Origin: Ruditapes philippinarum
Lineage: Eukaryota
Assembly (NCBI RefSeq): GCF_026571515.1
Contig: NW_026855084.1
Span: 1 to 64,000 of the forward strand
DNA length: 64,000 nucleotides
Direction of reading: 5' to 3'
The notes below the pieces were generated by a model that did not search any database, was not told the origin of the DNA, and saw only the letters and a list, made by a program, of their open reading frames with translations. Positions 14,375 through 27,420 of the stretch are shown piece after piece. Position numbers and translations under genes: made by a program. The first letter of the stretch is position 1. The number at the start of each line of letters is the position of its first letter.

Positions 14375-16300
14375 TTGATTTAAAATGATATAACTGATTA
14401 TAGTTTTGTCACTTATTTGTCATTTCGTTGAAGACGTATTATTATGCATTTGACAAATATAAATGTATAACACAATCGCAACAATTAAATCAGTTTGTCT
14501 TAAAGTTGTGTAAAGATTGCATTCTGAATAGATTATCCAGTTTTGTAGAATGAACAGTAGATGAGACGATATTTTGATTATATTTGTTTACAAAATAGAT
14601 AGCAATTAGGGGCGTCCGTTGCCGAGTGGTTAAGGTCGTTGACTACAAACCACTTGCCCCTCACCGCTATGGGTTCGAATCGCGACAGGGACTTTGTATT
14701 CTTTCATGTGAGGAAGCTATCCAGCTAGCTTACGGCACGTCGGTTGTTTAACTCCGGGTTCCTGCCTGACATAATGCAAGGGCACCTGATGTCTTCCTCC
14801 ACCAGTAAAGCTGGAACGTCGCCAAATGACCTATACTGTGTCGGTGTGACGTAAAACCTAATCAAACAAAACAAACATAAAAGTAATTAGGGAAAATATA
14901 GGCTTTAACTATAACATAATAAATCTATGCTCAATAAATTTTGAAAAGTTTTAAGTCCGATGCTAACAAAGTTGAATTTTTGTACAGTTTTGTTAATATA
15001 CGTAAATATATTTGCATTATTATACCCAGTTTGCTCTGATCAATAACACACAGCTTCCTCTAATTCATTGTAGGTTTTTAAGCAGTAACATGTCTAGACA
15101 CACTTTGTTAGATTCTCAAGTTTGCATTTAATAGTAAAATATATTGTGTTCTAGCAGGTAATTTTATCAAATTAAAGTCATTGTAATGATATAGACCTTT
15201 AAGATAATGTAATAAAATAATGTATTTGAATAGAATTAAATTGAATAAGAACATGAAACAGAGAGATATGTCTCATCTTAAACAATCACTCTACAATTAA
15301 ACAGGCTTTTAATGATAGTGTTATTTAAATATGAACTATATGAAAAGATCAAAGACTTCTATGTTATTTCTTTTTTCTTTATTAAATGTTGTAATATAAT
15401 GTCGATTGGTCTAAACAGGAACCTGCTTGTGCCTGGAATATTGCTTGGATTGGCATCTTAAATGTTATATCGTAGTTTAAAAAGTTTATATGTTGTCTGT
15501 TTTATTTGAAATAGAAATAAAAAAATTAAATAGAATGTTTATTTATATTATATAGATATATATTTTTATTTACATGTATGTATTTACTAATTTAGTTTAT
15601 CACCTAATGATACACTGATATAAGAAGTTTAATAAGTGTTGATAATCCGGCAACTGCTGCTGTGACTTTTCGCTGTGATCTTACTTAATGAGCAAAAAGA
15701 TGACTTGTTAATTTCAATCCTTATAAAACATAGTCAGTCATATATTTCCGTTAAGTTGATAAACATATTCACCCCCATTTCTTTTAACGGAGTACAAATA
15801 TGTGAGTGGCCTCACACAAACATCTTTGAATTTAATTCCCTATGAAGGAAATTTAAATACCCATATACGCAAAGAAACATCAGCTAATATTATGAGACCT
15901 GTTAATTCTTGTGAAATCACAGATCGCTTATAAGTAACTATACAGCTTTCCTTTTTCGACTTTTTCTTAAATACTCAGATGCAGTTTGGGATAATATGTC
16001 TAAAACGATGAATATGCGAAAGAGAATCCAACTAGCAATAATCCCCAGTACAACGAAAGTTGTTTCTTTCTCATTTTTATGGAGGTCCTTTTAAGTAAGG
16101 CGCTACAATAAATTCAGATAGTACGACATAAATAATTCAGTCATCTATCTCTACAATATTTGTCTTCAATTGTCTCCGAGACAAACTTCAGTATATACGA
16201 AATGCAAATATATACGAAATACAAAACTTGTAATATCTTTGTCACAATCATCTTTTTCGTTTTACCATAATGCGATTTTCGATTTGAACGATCTCCCAAA
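14375..16300 (+). repeat. Segmental duplication block C, copy 1 (paralog ~18475-20112)
   Basis: Shared TTGATTTAAAATGAT..TTTCGTTGAAGACGT at the start, GTGTTCTAGCAGGTAATTTTATCAAATTAAAGTCATTGTA internally, and CGATTTGAACGATCTCCCA at the end. Confidence 0.92.
14609..14881 (+). mobile_element. Full-length tRNA-derived SINE
   Basis: tRNA-like head with A box (TGCCGAGTGG) and B box (GGTTCGAATC); body GAGGAAGCTATCCAGCT..GGCACCTGA.GTCTTC..CACCAGTAA; (CAAA)n tail; imperfect TSD AGCAATTA/AGTAATTA; absent at the paralogous site ~18700. Confidence 0.93.
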
Positions 16301-16419
16301 CAAATTCGAATTTCATCATCATTTGCAATTTAATATAAATTATAAATATATAATTACATAATATAAATACATTACGTTTTTTTTTAAATTTGTTTCTTAT
16401 AAAAGTTCCGCTGGACAAA

Positions 16420-18290
16420 TGACACAAAATGTGCAGTCTGCATTGAATGTGTCAAATCAAACATTTTATTCTTTATTTTCTGCGACACCGTTTCAAAGAA
16501 TTGCACAGCGGTACATAGTCTAGCAAGTTGGCATTGATCTTAAATATGTTTACATTCCGTTAAATACGAAACCTGTCTGATGCTAGTGTTCCAGCACTAA
16601 TTGTAAATATATTATGACAGGATAGTGAACCAGGCTTGTTGTGTTTAATATAACATGTTTGTCTGGATTGTGTTGATTGGTTGTGACATATTTGTAGAAT
16701 TGTTAATTTTGTGCAGTACCTTCTTACAAACAAGTAGAAAAAAAAAGAAAAGGAATATTGTGTTTAGAATTTTATACCGTTAAGCCGGTTTAAGAGGCTT
16801 GAGAATTTTGCGCGTTCCTTTATATCCCAATAACAGACAAATGAAATTGATACATTAAATCACTCTCTTCCTTTTCCATACACATCGAGGAATCTTTCTT
16901 CTCCAGAAATGTTTTATTTGAAAATGTTTAATGTTGCTTTTAAGGCCCATTAAGTCTTAATAATAGTAGTAATAATTTTCAATTCTCAAAAGCTTTTTAT
17001 TTTATTTTGTTTGTTTATAGCTAAATATACAAGAGCTTCCTTTCCGTTTTGGTAAAGTCTGAAAAAGAGATGATTCTGTCGGGAATTGATAATGTCATTT
17101 ATAGAGCCTTAAATGACTTGACGTTCTGTGCTTAAGTTAACGTCACTACCGACTTTACATTGATTTTGTTGTTTACTCTAATATATGATTGTTGGTCAGT
17201 AAAGGTCAAATCTGAAAACAACAACCCAGTTTGTATAGTTATTATACACCCCACATATTCCTCGGACGACATAAAGTCCTAATTCCACTCTAATTTCATT
17301 TTACATTGAATAGAAAAGATTCTGATTCCGAGTGTGATTCCGCACAATATTGCTCTATTATGTCACTGTGCATCTAAGGTTCATACATCGTAATACTGTA
17401 CCAACACACTTTAATTAATGATCGATTTCCTAATAAAGGAATTTGTTTTTTAGTCAAATTATTAATCAAATGTTACTACACGCTAATAAAAATACATAAG
17501 TCGTACGGACCTATGTCAAGTGTTAAAATCCATTTTTGTTTCAGTAGGTTCAATACCAACATAGAATTGAGGCATTCAATGAACGCATCTCCCAACAAAG
17601 GACCACCAGCAACGTTACATTTCATTTCACAAGAACAGGAAATTAAATGTTGTTTCACTGCTTCAGAAACTCATGGAGGTATCACAATGATTTGTAGAAA
17701 AATATACAGACGATCGGGTTTGTCCTATTATGTAAATCAATATGAAAAATCTGTACATGATATCACTGTAACAGTTGTAATAAGATATTGCAATAAATTA
17801 AATAAAATAGTTTTTCCATCATTCTCGTGATTCATATTCGCTTGACTATTGTTTCGAACTGTGTCACGAACAATGTAAACACATTGTCTACATGTATTTG
17901 CATTTTGTGATAAACTGATGCAAATATTCGTAGTGTATACCCAATAAATAATGAAGCAACATATTTCTTTAATCAGTGTTGTGTGTAATATTCAGATGAC
18001 ATTTTTATGTCATTACCATGAGAGCACAGTGTCTTTTTTGTTGAATCTGTTGGTAACTTAATGAAAATGTTCGGAATGTATAATTATGCGAAAAAACTTC
18101 TTTGTAAACTGAAAACCGGGGATTTAACGGTTGTCAGATCTTTTGTTCTATGTCTGGTTTTACAGTATTTTGAGTCAAATCTAAAGCCACATTTATGGCC
18201 ATAACAATTACTTGAAAGCAACGGAAATGTTCTAAGTATTTATTTGTTTTATTTATTGTGTGCCTTGATATCACCACAAAGGTAGATATG
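16420..18290 (+). repeat. Segmental duplication block B, copy 2
   Basis: Collinear with 2020-3710. Confidence 0.92.
17400..18200 (-). pseudogene. Decayed coding remnant, tentatively tandem TIR/SEFIR-like (copy 2)
   Basis: One minus frame with few stops: LIKEICCFIIYW..CRQCVYIVRDTV..ENDGKTILFNLLQYLITTVTVISCTDF..QIIVIPP*VSEAVKQHLISCSCEMKCNVAGGPLLGDAFIECLNSML; includes the ORF at 17476-17658. Confidence 0.42.
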
Positions 18291-18474
18291 ACAGTAAATG
18301 TATTCACAACAATGTCTGCAAGTGTTTACTGAATCGATTTGTCCACCTTAAAAGTTGAAATATGATGTGAACATCCGAATCCAGTACTTGGCAGTATGTA
18401 GGGTAGTCTTAGTATAGTTAATTGTATAAATCCGTCTAATTGCCTTACCTTGTCTTTATTTCATTTATTTCGTT

Positions 18475-20112
18475 TTTGATTTAAAATGATAAAATTGATT
18501 ATAGGTTTTGTCACTGATTTGTAATTTCGTTGAAGACGTGTTGTTATGCATTTTATAATTATAATTGTTTGTCATAATTTCGCAACAATTTAATCAGTTT
18601 GTCTTAAAGTTGTGTAAGATTGCATTTAGAACACTTATTATCCATGAACAGTCAGTTAAATGATATTTTGATAGGATTTGTTTAAAAATAGATATCAATT
18701 AGGAAAAATAAAGGATTACACAATTATATAAACATTATGTTCAATAAATCTTGAAAAGCTTTTTATTTTAAGTTCCATGCTAAAATAGATGTTTTTTAAG
18801 TTTTGTTAATTTACATTTAATAAAGTTGCATTATTATACCCATTTTGCTCAGATCAATAAGAAACAGCTTCTTCTAATTCATTGTAGACAATAACGAAAA
18901 GCAGACTTTAATAAAACCATTTGTATAATAACACTATTCCTATAATTATGTCTAAACGTTCTACCACTGCGTCTGAAAAAGTAGCATGAGCATATGTCAA
19001 AACGTTGTTCTAATAGGCTTTAAAGCAATAACATGTCTAGACACACTTTGTTAGATTCTAAAGTTTGCATTTAATAGTACATTATAATGTGTTCTAGCAG
19101 GTAATTTTATCAAATTAAAGTCATTGTACTGATATAGACCTTTAAGATATTATTAATAAATGATGTAAATGGAATGGAATTAAATTGAATAAGAACATTA
19201 AACAAAGAGATATGTCTCGCCTTGAACAATCCCTCTACAATTATACTGGCTTTAATGATATTGTTATTTGAATATGAACTATTTGAAAATCAAAGACTTC
19301 TATGTAATTTCGATTTTTTTAGTAGTACTATTAAATATCATAATATAATGTCGATTAGTATAAACGGGAACCTGCTTGTGCCTGAAATATTGCACGGATT
19401 GGCATCTGAACTGTTCTATCGGAGTTTAAGACGTATATGTTTAATCTGTTTAATCTGAAATTACAAGCAAAAATCAATAAAAGAAAATTTGTTTTTTATA
19501 TCATTTATTTATTTATTTATTTATTTTAATGATACATTGACATAACAAGTTAAATAAGTTTTGACAATCCGGCTACTGCTGCTGTAACTTTTCACTGCGA
19601 TCTTACTTAACATAATAAATGGGCAAACAGATTAATTGTTATTTTAACCCTTATTGAAACATGAAGCATGGTAATGATTTAATATTATAAGATCTGAAAA
19701 TTCATATAGACCACAGGTAACTCGAAGCATTACATTACATTACATTTCTTTTATCCGGCCTCTTTTTAAATACACAGATGTAGTTTGATATAATATTGCT
19801 TCAAAAGATGAATATGTGCAAGAGAAAATGCAACGTAAAGCCAGCATAATAATCACCAGTACAACGAAAATGGTTTCCTTCGCAAATCTGTATGTGGGTC
19901 CTTACGAAAGGCGGTACTTCTAGTAGTATATAAAATATTCAATCACCTATCTCTTCTTTTCTTTAATTGTGCCTTATGCAGCAGGACAAACTTATAATTT
20001 GGTATAAAATTACAAAATGCTAGTAACAGTAGAAGTATTTGGACACAATCATCTCTATAATACTGGTTCCCGTTTACCATATTCGATTTACGATTTGAAC
20101 GATCTCCCAGTC
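18475..20112 (+). repeat. Segmental duplication block C, copy 2 (SINE-free)
   Basis: Collinear with 14375-16300 minus the SINE; extra ~120 bp at ~18890-19010. Confidence 0.92.
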
Positions 20113-21142
20113 ACAATCGTATGCAATGTTCTAAACAATTATGTTGTGTGTTCTTAAACATTTTTCTTTTATTTTTTTAAACCAGTAAGTTTCCCTTGAA
20201 TTATCAGTTATGACTTTTTTGGTATCGTACATGAATATTCAATATAAAGATGTTGGTTATACGTAAGAAAACTAACACAAAGTAGAAATGATATATTTAA
20301 GTTATTATTGTTACAAACTAAATATACTTAATTTGTGAAATAAATTTATGTTATATATCATGTCAACGAAACAGATAATATACAATAAAATATTGATTTT
20401 AGATATACTATGCTCAAATTTGATATAAGTAAATATTGATAACTGCTTCACAGTCTCTATGTAAATATGAAATAAATATGTTTTGGCTTCACACAAAGTA
20501 GATAATGCTATTTTCTACAGTTCTACACACTATAAATTGTATCAGTATAAATATCCAGTGTCATTAAAAATTAGTTATTTTAATAACAAAATAACTTCAA
20601 TAGACCTGTGATATGGAACGCAGGTTCCAATACATAGTCTTTTCATTCTTTTATTCAAATTAGTCAAATTTGGTATGAATTTCATAGATTTAAAAAAAAT
20701 GTGGGCGATTTAAATATTTTACTTAATGATGATCATAGTATCTCTTTATACTAAAGATACTAATGAATACTCTGAGACCCTAACACACGACTTCTTGATT
20801 AAAGGGCAGACAAAGTAACCAAAAATTAAAGTTTCTTAGATAAAATATAATTAAAATTCCGTTAAACATAACTATCAGTATAAAAAAATGATGATTCCTT
20901 AAGCTATAACATTATTATGTCAAACTAAAAGTTCTGTTAACCTGCCAAATACAGGTAAAAACTGCTTTATATAAAACATGTGTTTATGTGATTATTCTAA
21001 GATTTCTACGCATTCACGAATTACATGCTACATTGTTCTGTCAGGAAAATTCATTAATTCCAGGTATATACATTTCAATAAATAAATAAATAAATAAATA
21101 AATTGAGAGAACATATGCATAAACACAGATGCATCTGAACTA

Positions 21143-23137
21143 TATGGAATGGATTATCCGCCAGTTCACCTATTATGCTTTATGACATTCCAATTTCCGT
21201 TTTTACTTTTGCGATAGTGAATTTGATGTTAGACTTTGGTTATTTACAAGACTTAGTGTATTTCGTATCTTTATAATTATAAAGGTATTTTGAAATATAT
21301 CTTTGTTATACGTAAATTTTATTTTTATACACGTTTTTCTTGTTTCATTCTGAAAATTGGCATGATATATTTATTTCATTTTAATTTAAAATCACACATT
21401 AAAATCAACATTAGGTATTGAGTGTATGTATGGACGCTACCGAATAATGTGTTAATTCATTTGTAATAAAATGTTCAACATTTAATCAAAACAATCGAAA
21501 CATCATTCGCAGTATAAAATGCTGTTTAACATTGTGACTCATTAAAACAAAATCGTCTTCATAACAATGTTGACTTTATCACAAAACGAAGCGGGTAACC
21601 AATTTTTGTAATGCGTTTTCTTACGACAGAGGTCGCTGTTTAATACTAACTGATCCGTTTCGGTGCGGACGTAAAAATCACCTCATGGAAAAGATTCGAT
21701 CAAACATTGTGATACCCTGCCTTGAAAAACATATCATTTTAATTCTTAAAATCAACTCATTTTTGAAGATCTTTCAGAAAAAGTTTGCATGTGGCATACT
21801 GTATAAGGCGGATTTTGAGATATTTTGCCTCAAACTTGGCCTTTTTACTATACGTTATATATAGGGGGAAATATTACGAATGCCGTTAGGGCCATAACCT
21901 ATGAATGGTTTGATATGAAACGCGATATTCGACAGTACGATGATGAAAACGCGAAATCACAAAACTACGATGGTGAAAATGCGACAGTATGATGATGAAA
22001 ACACGACAGTGCGATAACGAAAATGCGATAATACGACAGTACGATGATGATTATACGATAAACTATCGTGTTTTCGTCATCGTACTTTTGCGTTTTCACC
22101 ACCGTAATATCGTGATTTCGCGTTTTCATCATCGTACTATTGCGGTTTTATCATCGTACTGTCGTGTTTTCATCATCGTACTGTCGCGTTTTCACCATTG
22201 TACTGTCGTGTTTTCATCAGTACGATGATGAAAACGCGATAGTACGATGATGAAAACACGACAGTAAGATACTACGATGATGAAAACGCGAAATAACGAA
22301 ACTACGATGGTGAAAACGCGACAGTACGATGGTGAAAACACGATAGTTTATCGCCTTGTCATCATCGTAGTATCGAACTGTAGCATTTTCATCTTCGTAC
22401 TTTCGCGTTTTCGTCATCGTATTATTTCGCGTTTTCACCATCGTACTATAGACTATCGCGTTTCAGATCAAACACATTCAAAGGCGATGGCCCTAACGGC
22501 ATTCCGTAAAATATTTGGTAGTCATTAACCTCCACATGATCGGATTAGTTTTTGTAGTATCAGATTTGTAAACACCGGTCAGGGAGCAGTTATTATTTTT
22601 TACATTTTTACCAGTTATTCCCCGTTGATTAAAAGGGGAAAAGAAACACTAATTAATTTTGAGTTATACTTCGAAACTCTTAGTGTGCTATGCAAACTGC
22701 TGTTTCGAATACATAATGTCAGCATGCGACTAAAATTATCATGATTTTTGTAAAATAAATACTGAAACACTGTAAGAATAAAATGTGTGTCAAATTAATT
22801 TTAGAAAGCAAATTCAAATAAGAAAAATATTTGAAAGCCAGCAAATTAAATATCTAATTATAGTTTGCATGTTTACAGCCTTAGAACTGAAGTGTAAATT
22901 GAATGTTCGCATTTTTCAATAAGAACTCGAGTTACGTCAGCAAGTACAACATCTTAATATTGCATAATGATTACGACGTATTAATAATAATGTCTTCATA
23001 TTAATAGCAATGTTTTCATAAATATTATAATAATAATGTCTTCCTATCAATAAGAATGTCTTCAAAATAATAAGAATGTCTTCATATTAATTACAATGTA
23101 TTCATATTAATTAGAGTGGCGGATAATCCCTTCCATA
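21143..23137. mobile_element. Putative ~2 kb non-autonomous IS3EU-like DNA transposon, host of a nested MITE
   Basis: 21-bp TIR TATGGAA(T/G)GGATTATCCGCCA (21143-21163 and inverted 23117-23137); 6-bp TSD GAACTA/GGACTA with 1 mismatch; subterminal ~20-bp tandem array (TAATAAGAATGTCTTCATAT) at ~22980-23112. Confidence 0.7.
21875..22508. mobile_element. Nested foldback MITE (IS3EU-like) with a double-hairpin 22-bp repeat interior
   Basis: TIR TACG(G)AATGCCGTTAGGGCCAT; perfect 6-bp TSD AAATAT (21869-21874, 22509-22514); unit CGACAGTACGATGATGAAAACG arranged forward/reverse/forward/reverse. Confidence 0.88.
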
Positions 23138-23827
23138 GGACTAAAACATGCTTCGCACTAAATCCATTGAAAACGTAAGCATGTTTTACTTTAAAATAGC
23201 ATTCAAAATGTTGTAAAATGCGACATGATAATCATTTTGAGGATTATAAAAACTTAAAAAGGAAAGAAGTTAAATGACCACGGTACTTTATATAGCCATC
23301 TAAGATACAACAAGACAACACAATAGAAGAATGTCGCAGATACCGACTGTAAAAGAGGCTATATGTTGCTTGTTCCTGTTTAAGAAATATGCTATATATC
23401 ACTTATGTCTTTAAAGCGTAAAATATCGATTTCTGCGTATCGGGACATGTTGTACCTTTTAATATATAGCATAAGCTCTGTGATTATATCAACGAATGTG
23501 TGTTATGTATAAGGCCTGTCCTTATAATGAACGGTCAATTGTTACATGATTTAAGCACATTCTCATATAAAACAAGTCTGTTAATTTTCATTATTACTGG
23601 GCATGTAGCCTACATTCTCACTCCATTTGAACATCTGGCATTTTAAGTGCAAATTATTCCAATGAATCAAAGAAAAAACATAATTGGCCGTGTATAATCA
23701 CCATGTTTGTTTGTAATTGTCAGTATTTTTTCGGTTATCACACGGTACCATGAATATTTAATACTGGTTTTGGTTACATAAAATACCAGCATTATACGCT
23801 ATGTAGATAAATACCTTATATTACATA

Positions 23828-23897
23828 TACAGTAGAAAACCTCCTTAACACAGCCCCTGAGTTAAGACTAACCTTCTATTAAGACCAATTTCCAGAT
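23828..23897 (+). mobile_element. Possible left end of a Tc1/mariner-type MITE
   Basis: TA-CAGTAGAAAACCTCCTTAA.. followed by repeated TTAAGAC(T/C)AA motifs; no matching right end seen. Confidence 0.3.
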
Positions 23898-24767
23898 AAA
23901 GTCCACCATTATGATTTGAAATAAGAAATCGCATTGTTTTTATTCATTTTATTCAACTTTCAAAGGCACTGATTTTCTGTTCATAAAGTTAAGCAATTGC
24001 CTTATATACACATTTAAACACAAAAAAATATATAAAAAACAGCATGATAGTTGCGTTTAATTCGACGATTTGCAAACAAAGCCTCATTATTTATATCATT
24101 GGTACCGAAATAAAATCAAAGAATTTGTTAAATGTAGACAGAACATAAATATGGATTCAAAAGGAAATGAGATACACCGCATACTTGAGTCATACCCCAG
24201 CAGAGCTATTTAAAAATGTTTATTCTTATTTAAAAATAATTGTTATTTTCCAGGGCTGCCGATGATATCTTACATATGTAGCTGAAATGTACGGAGTCCT
24301 GTTTAGGTCAGTTAAAGTGACATTTTTGGACATTCTAGATTTTTCTCAAATGCCTTGTGTTGCCCTTACCATTTTAACTAATATAGAATCAAGATTTAAA
24401 ATTCTCGCGAGAAACTTTAGCGCTAATTTTTGCACATTCTTAATCGATGATTAACTACGCATGTTTCATTCTGGAAACTTAGGCTTATTAACAGTGCCAA
24501 TTTCTAAGAAAGATAGTGCTTAGCCGTGTTTCTTTATATTTATTGAAAACCTCGAAGTTTAGTCAAATATTGTATGTAAACAAGCAACATTTTAACTGAC
24601 TCCAACATGACACATCTCGATTGTTAAAACTCAGTTTATCGAAGAGTGAAGAGTGAAACAAATAAACAGGCCGCAGCCAAGAACACATTTACTTTTGGTT
24701 ATAGCGTTCATGTTTACGACGGAAACATGCAGCAGTTTGTCGGAAGATACCGAAACCCTATCCAACG

Positions 24768-24917
24768 NNNNNNNNNNNNNNNNNNNNNNNNNNNNNNNNN
24801 NNNNNNNNNNNNNNNNNNNNNNNNNNNNNNNNNNNNNNNNNNNNNNNNNNNNNNNNNNNNNNNNNNNNNNNNNNNNNNNNNNNNNNNNNNNNNNNNNNNN
24901 NNNNNNNNNNNNNNNNN
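24768..24917. other. Assembly gap (150 N)
   Basis: Run of N. Confidence 1.
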
Positions 24918-27157
24918 ACAAAATAAATATGCCATTTATTGATGGCTTCACACTCCAAAGTCCCTGCAAATTCGGTACATGTATTAAAAAGTAGCTGTTC
25001 TCTGTCAATCAACTGAATTTCCGAGAGAAAGTGCAGTAACACTGAAAGTAGAAGTCGTGACAACGGCACAAAGATATTTTGACATTTTATTAGAAAATCA
25101 TTAACATGACATCAACTGTTCCCAAATACAAAGTTCGACATAAATATTCAGTCAAAGCAAAACTGAATACAAATAACATCGTGATGTTGAATAGCTGGTA
25201 AAATTATGTAATTAACTTTTTTATTCTTATTTACACTCAAATATATATAATAAACATCTAGAAAAAAGATCCCACGGAAGCATTAAAAGCAACAATATAA
25301 CATAACTTAAGAGAGATAATGAAAGCGGTATTTAATCCTCAACACTTTATAGTAATGGACTCAATGATCCCAAAAAGGTATGGTAAGCTCTGACATATAA
25401 AACAGCTGGCCGGTTGTATACATCTGATACAATTACTCGCATTCTCGTCAAATGTATACACTTTTGAAGACAATAATGCACTGTTCCCATATTTATCATT
25501 TAATAGTATTTGCACTTTTATTGCTTCATCATGATAGTAGATAAAAAACACATAAGCATACTAATTAACACAAGGTTTCTATTTTGACAATGATGAAAGT
25601 ATCATTGTATACGTTTTTACTAAAAGTACAGTTACTGTAGTACAGTAGCCTAGTTTTATCACGAATTCCTGGTGAAGTCAGTAATCAAGATTTCAGAATC
25701 TTACGCCAAGAGTTGCATTATACGTCTACTGCATCATAATTGAAAAACTGATGTCGTCATAAACATTATAATCTAGTATCTTGACATACCAAACGCTGCA
25801 CTGCAGACTCTAGGAGGTAACCGCGCTTTTCCTGAGTGTGATCATCTTGTTAAGCGGGGTAAAATCTTTTTTATTTGACGGGGGTTGTTTAAATGCCATT
25901 ACTAAAGTAAAACTGAAACAACAAATACATATCGACAATAAGATCGTAAACGGACGTTGAAGAACGGTTTAACCTTTTAGAAGTTGTAAAACAAACTTGC
26001 AGTGAATTTATATTTTCTCATGTGATGCAGGACATGCCTAGTTATCAATAATTGAGCTACCATTTTTGGAGATATATGATAAATCGATCTATCTCTACTT
26101 GCGAGCTACTGCATGTTGCAGAATTTTAGTATCAAGACAGGTAAAGTGTTGTAATTTTTATAATTGTAAACTCGGCATCGATTATCGAAAACCGAAGAAA
26201 ATTATAACATGTAAATTTGAAGAAAGATTCCAGGAAACGTCAAGTTGTTGAATTAATATTTGAACTGTAGTTTTAGTTGTGTTTTCATTTAGCGAAATTC
26301 AATATATTATTTAAGAAGACTGTATCATCATAAACAAGTCAATTGCCTTATATTTTATATTTAAACAGCAATATAGATAACGTCTTAAATCTTATTAAAA
26401 TTCTGGATAAAACCGAAAATTATATACAACTATAGGAACAAAATGATATTTATTTATTATGTCTGTTCTGTCGTCAAGTATATAAATCTATAGATATAGG
26501 TATATATGATTACTACATATACGCCATGTACGCGACTTGTCTTACTAATATTTGTCATTTTCTCTGTTTAAACAGATCTTATTTCTTCACTGGTTTGCCA
26601 TGTATCTTTTATATTAAATGAAGCAAACACTCGTCGGAAATTAAAGAATCAAACAATACGTGATCTTAAGTCACAAATTCGGCATACATCGCAAATGATT
26701 CAACATTATTGAGTTTTAATATATTACATGTATAACCAGTCATGTTTGTTACTCCCTTGATTTTAAGATAGATTTTGTTAATTTTATAGTAGACACTTGA
26801 CGGCTAACTTTTCTTAATTTACATTTTTCCCATAAGTGTGTTTGTTTGGGTTAAACGGTTTAACTGACATGTTACTGGTTTTACAGCGCTGAACACTATC
26901 AGAAGTAGGCACTTAAAGAGTTTGTACAAGTGAATTAGTTAAATCTTCGAATGCAATTTTCTTCTTTTAAATAAAGTTTTAGATGATACTGAGGCAAAAC
27001 GTTCTTTAAGTGTATGTAGTAGGTAACATCTATCGCAAACACTCATTCAAAAATACATATTAAACACACTTAACTTTGTTTCTATGTTTAGATGTGTAAA
27101 AGTTAAAATATGATTAATAACTATAATAAGACTCTTAAGGGACCATTTTGTTTCCAG

Positions 27158-27420
27158 ATTTTTATACTTCACAACAGCAAGTGCCAAGTGCCGTGTGGCA
27201 GCTGTAAAAAGTTGCCCCGTACTTCACGTCAGTCTTGTTATGTTTTTTCTGGTCCTTCGGGATCATTGATGCCAGCACTATTAAGTGTTGAGAACTGAGT
27301 ACCGCTCAAGCCGGTGCTAGGGGGCGAGAGTAATGTTACTCTTATTGATAATCCCTCATGTACAGACTCAATGAAACCGAGTCTGCAGTTTTCATATAAA
27401 TTTGTCGTGATTAGTGCTTA
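27158..27420 (+). pseudogene. Possible decayed exon (signal-peptide-like plus Ig-start-like)
   Basis: Locally GC-richer; preceded by acceptor-like TTTTGTTTCCAG; frames give KVAPYFTSVLLCFFWSFGIIDASTIKC* and VPLKPVLGGESNVTLIDNPSC. Confidence 0.25.

Noticed and set aside
14609-14690. tRNA gene
   Set aside because: The tRNA-like head continues into a SINE body and tail with a TSD; no proper acceptor stem or terminator
21989-22528. Three repetitive ORFs (RFHHR and MKTR repeats)
   Set aside because: Translations of the MITE's tandem units on both strands
24631-25069. Five ORFs of 73-125 aa
   Set aside because: Their length is inflated by the 150-N gap
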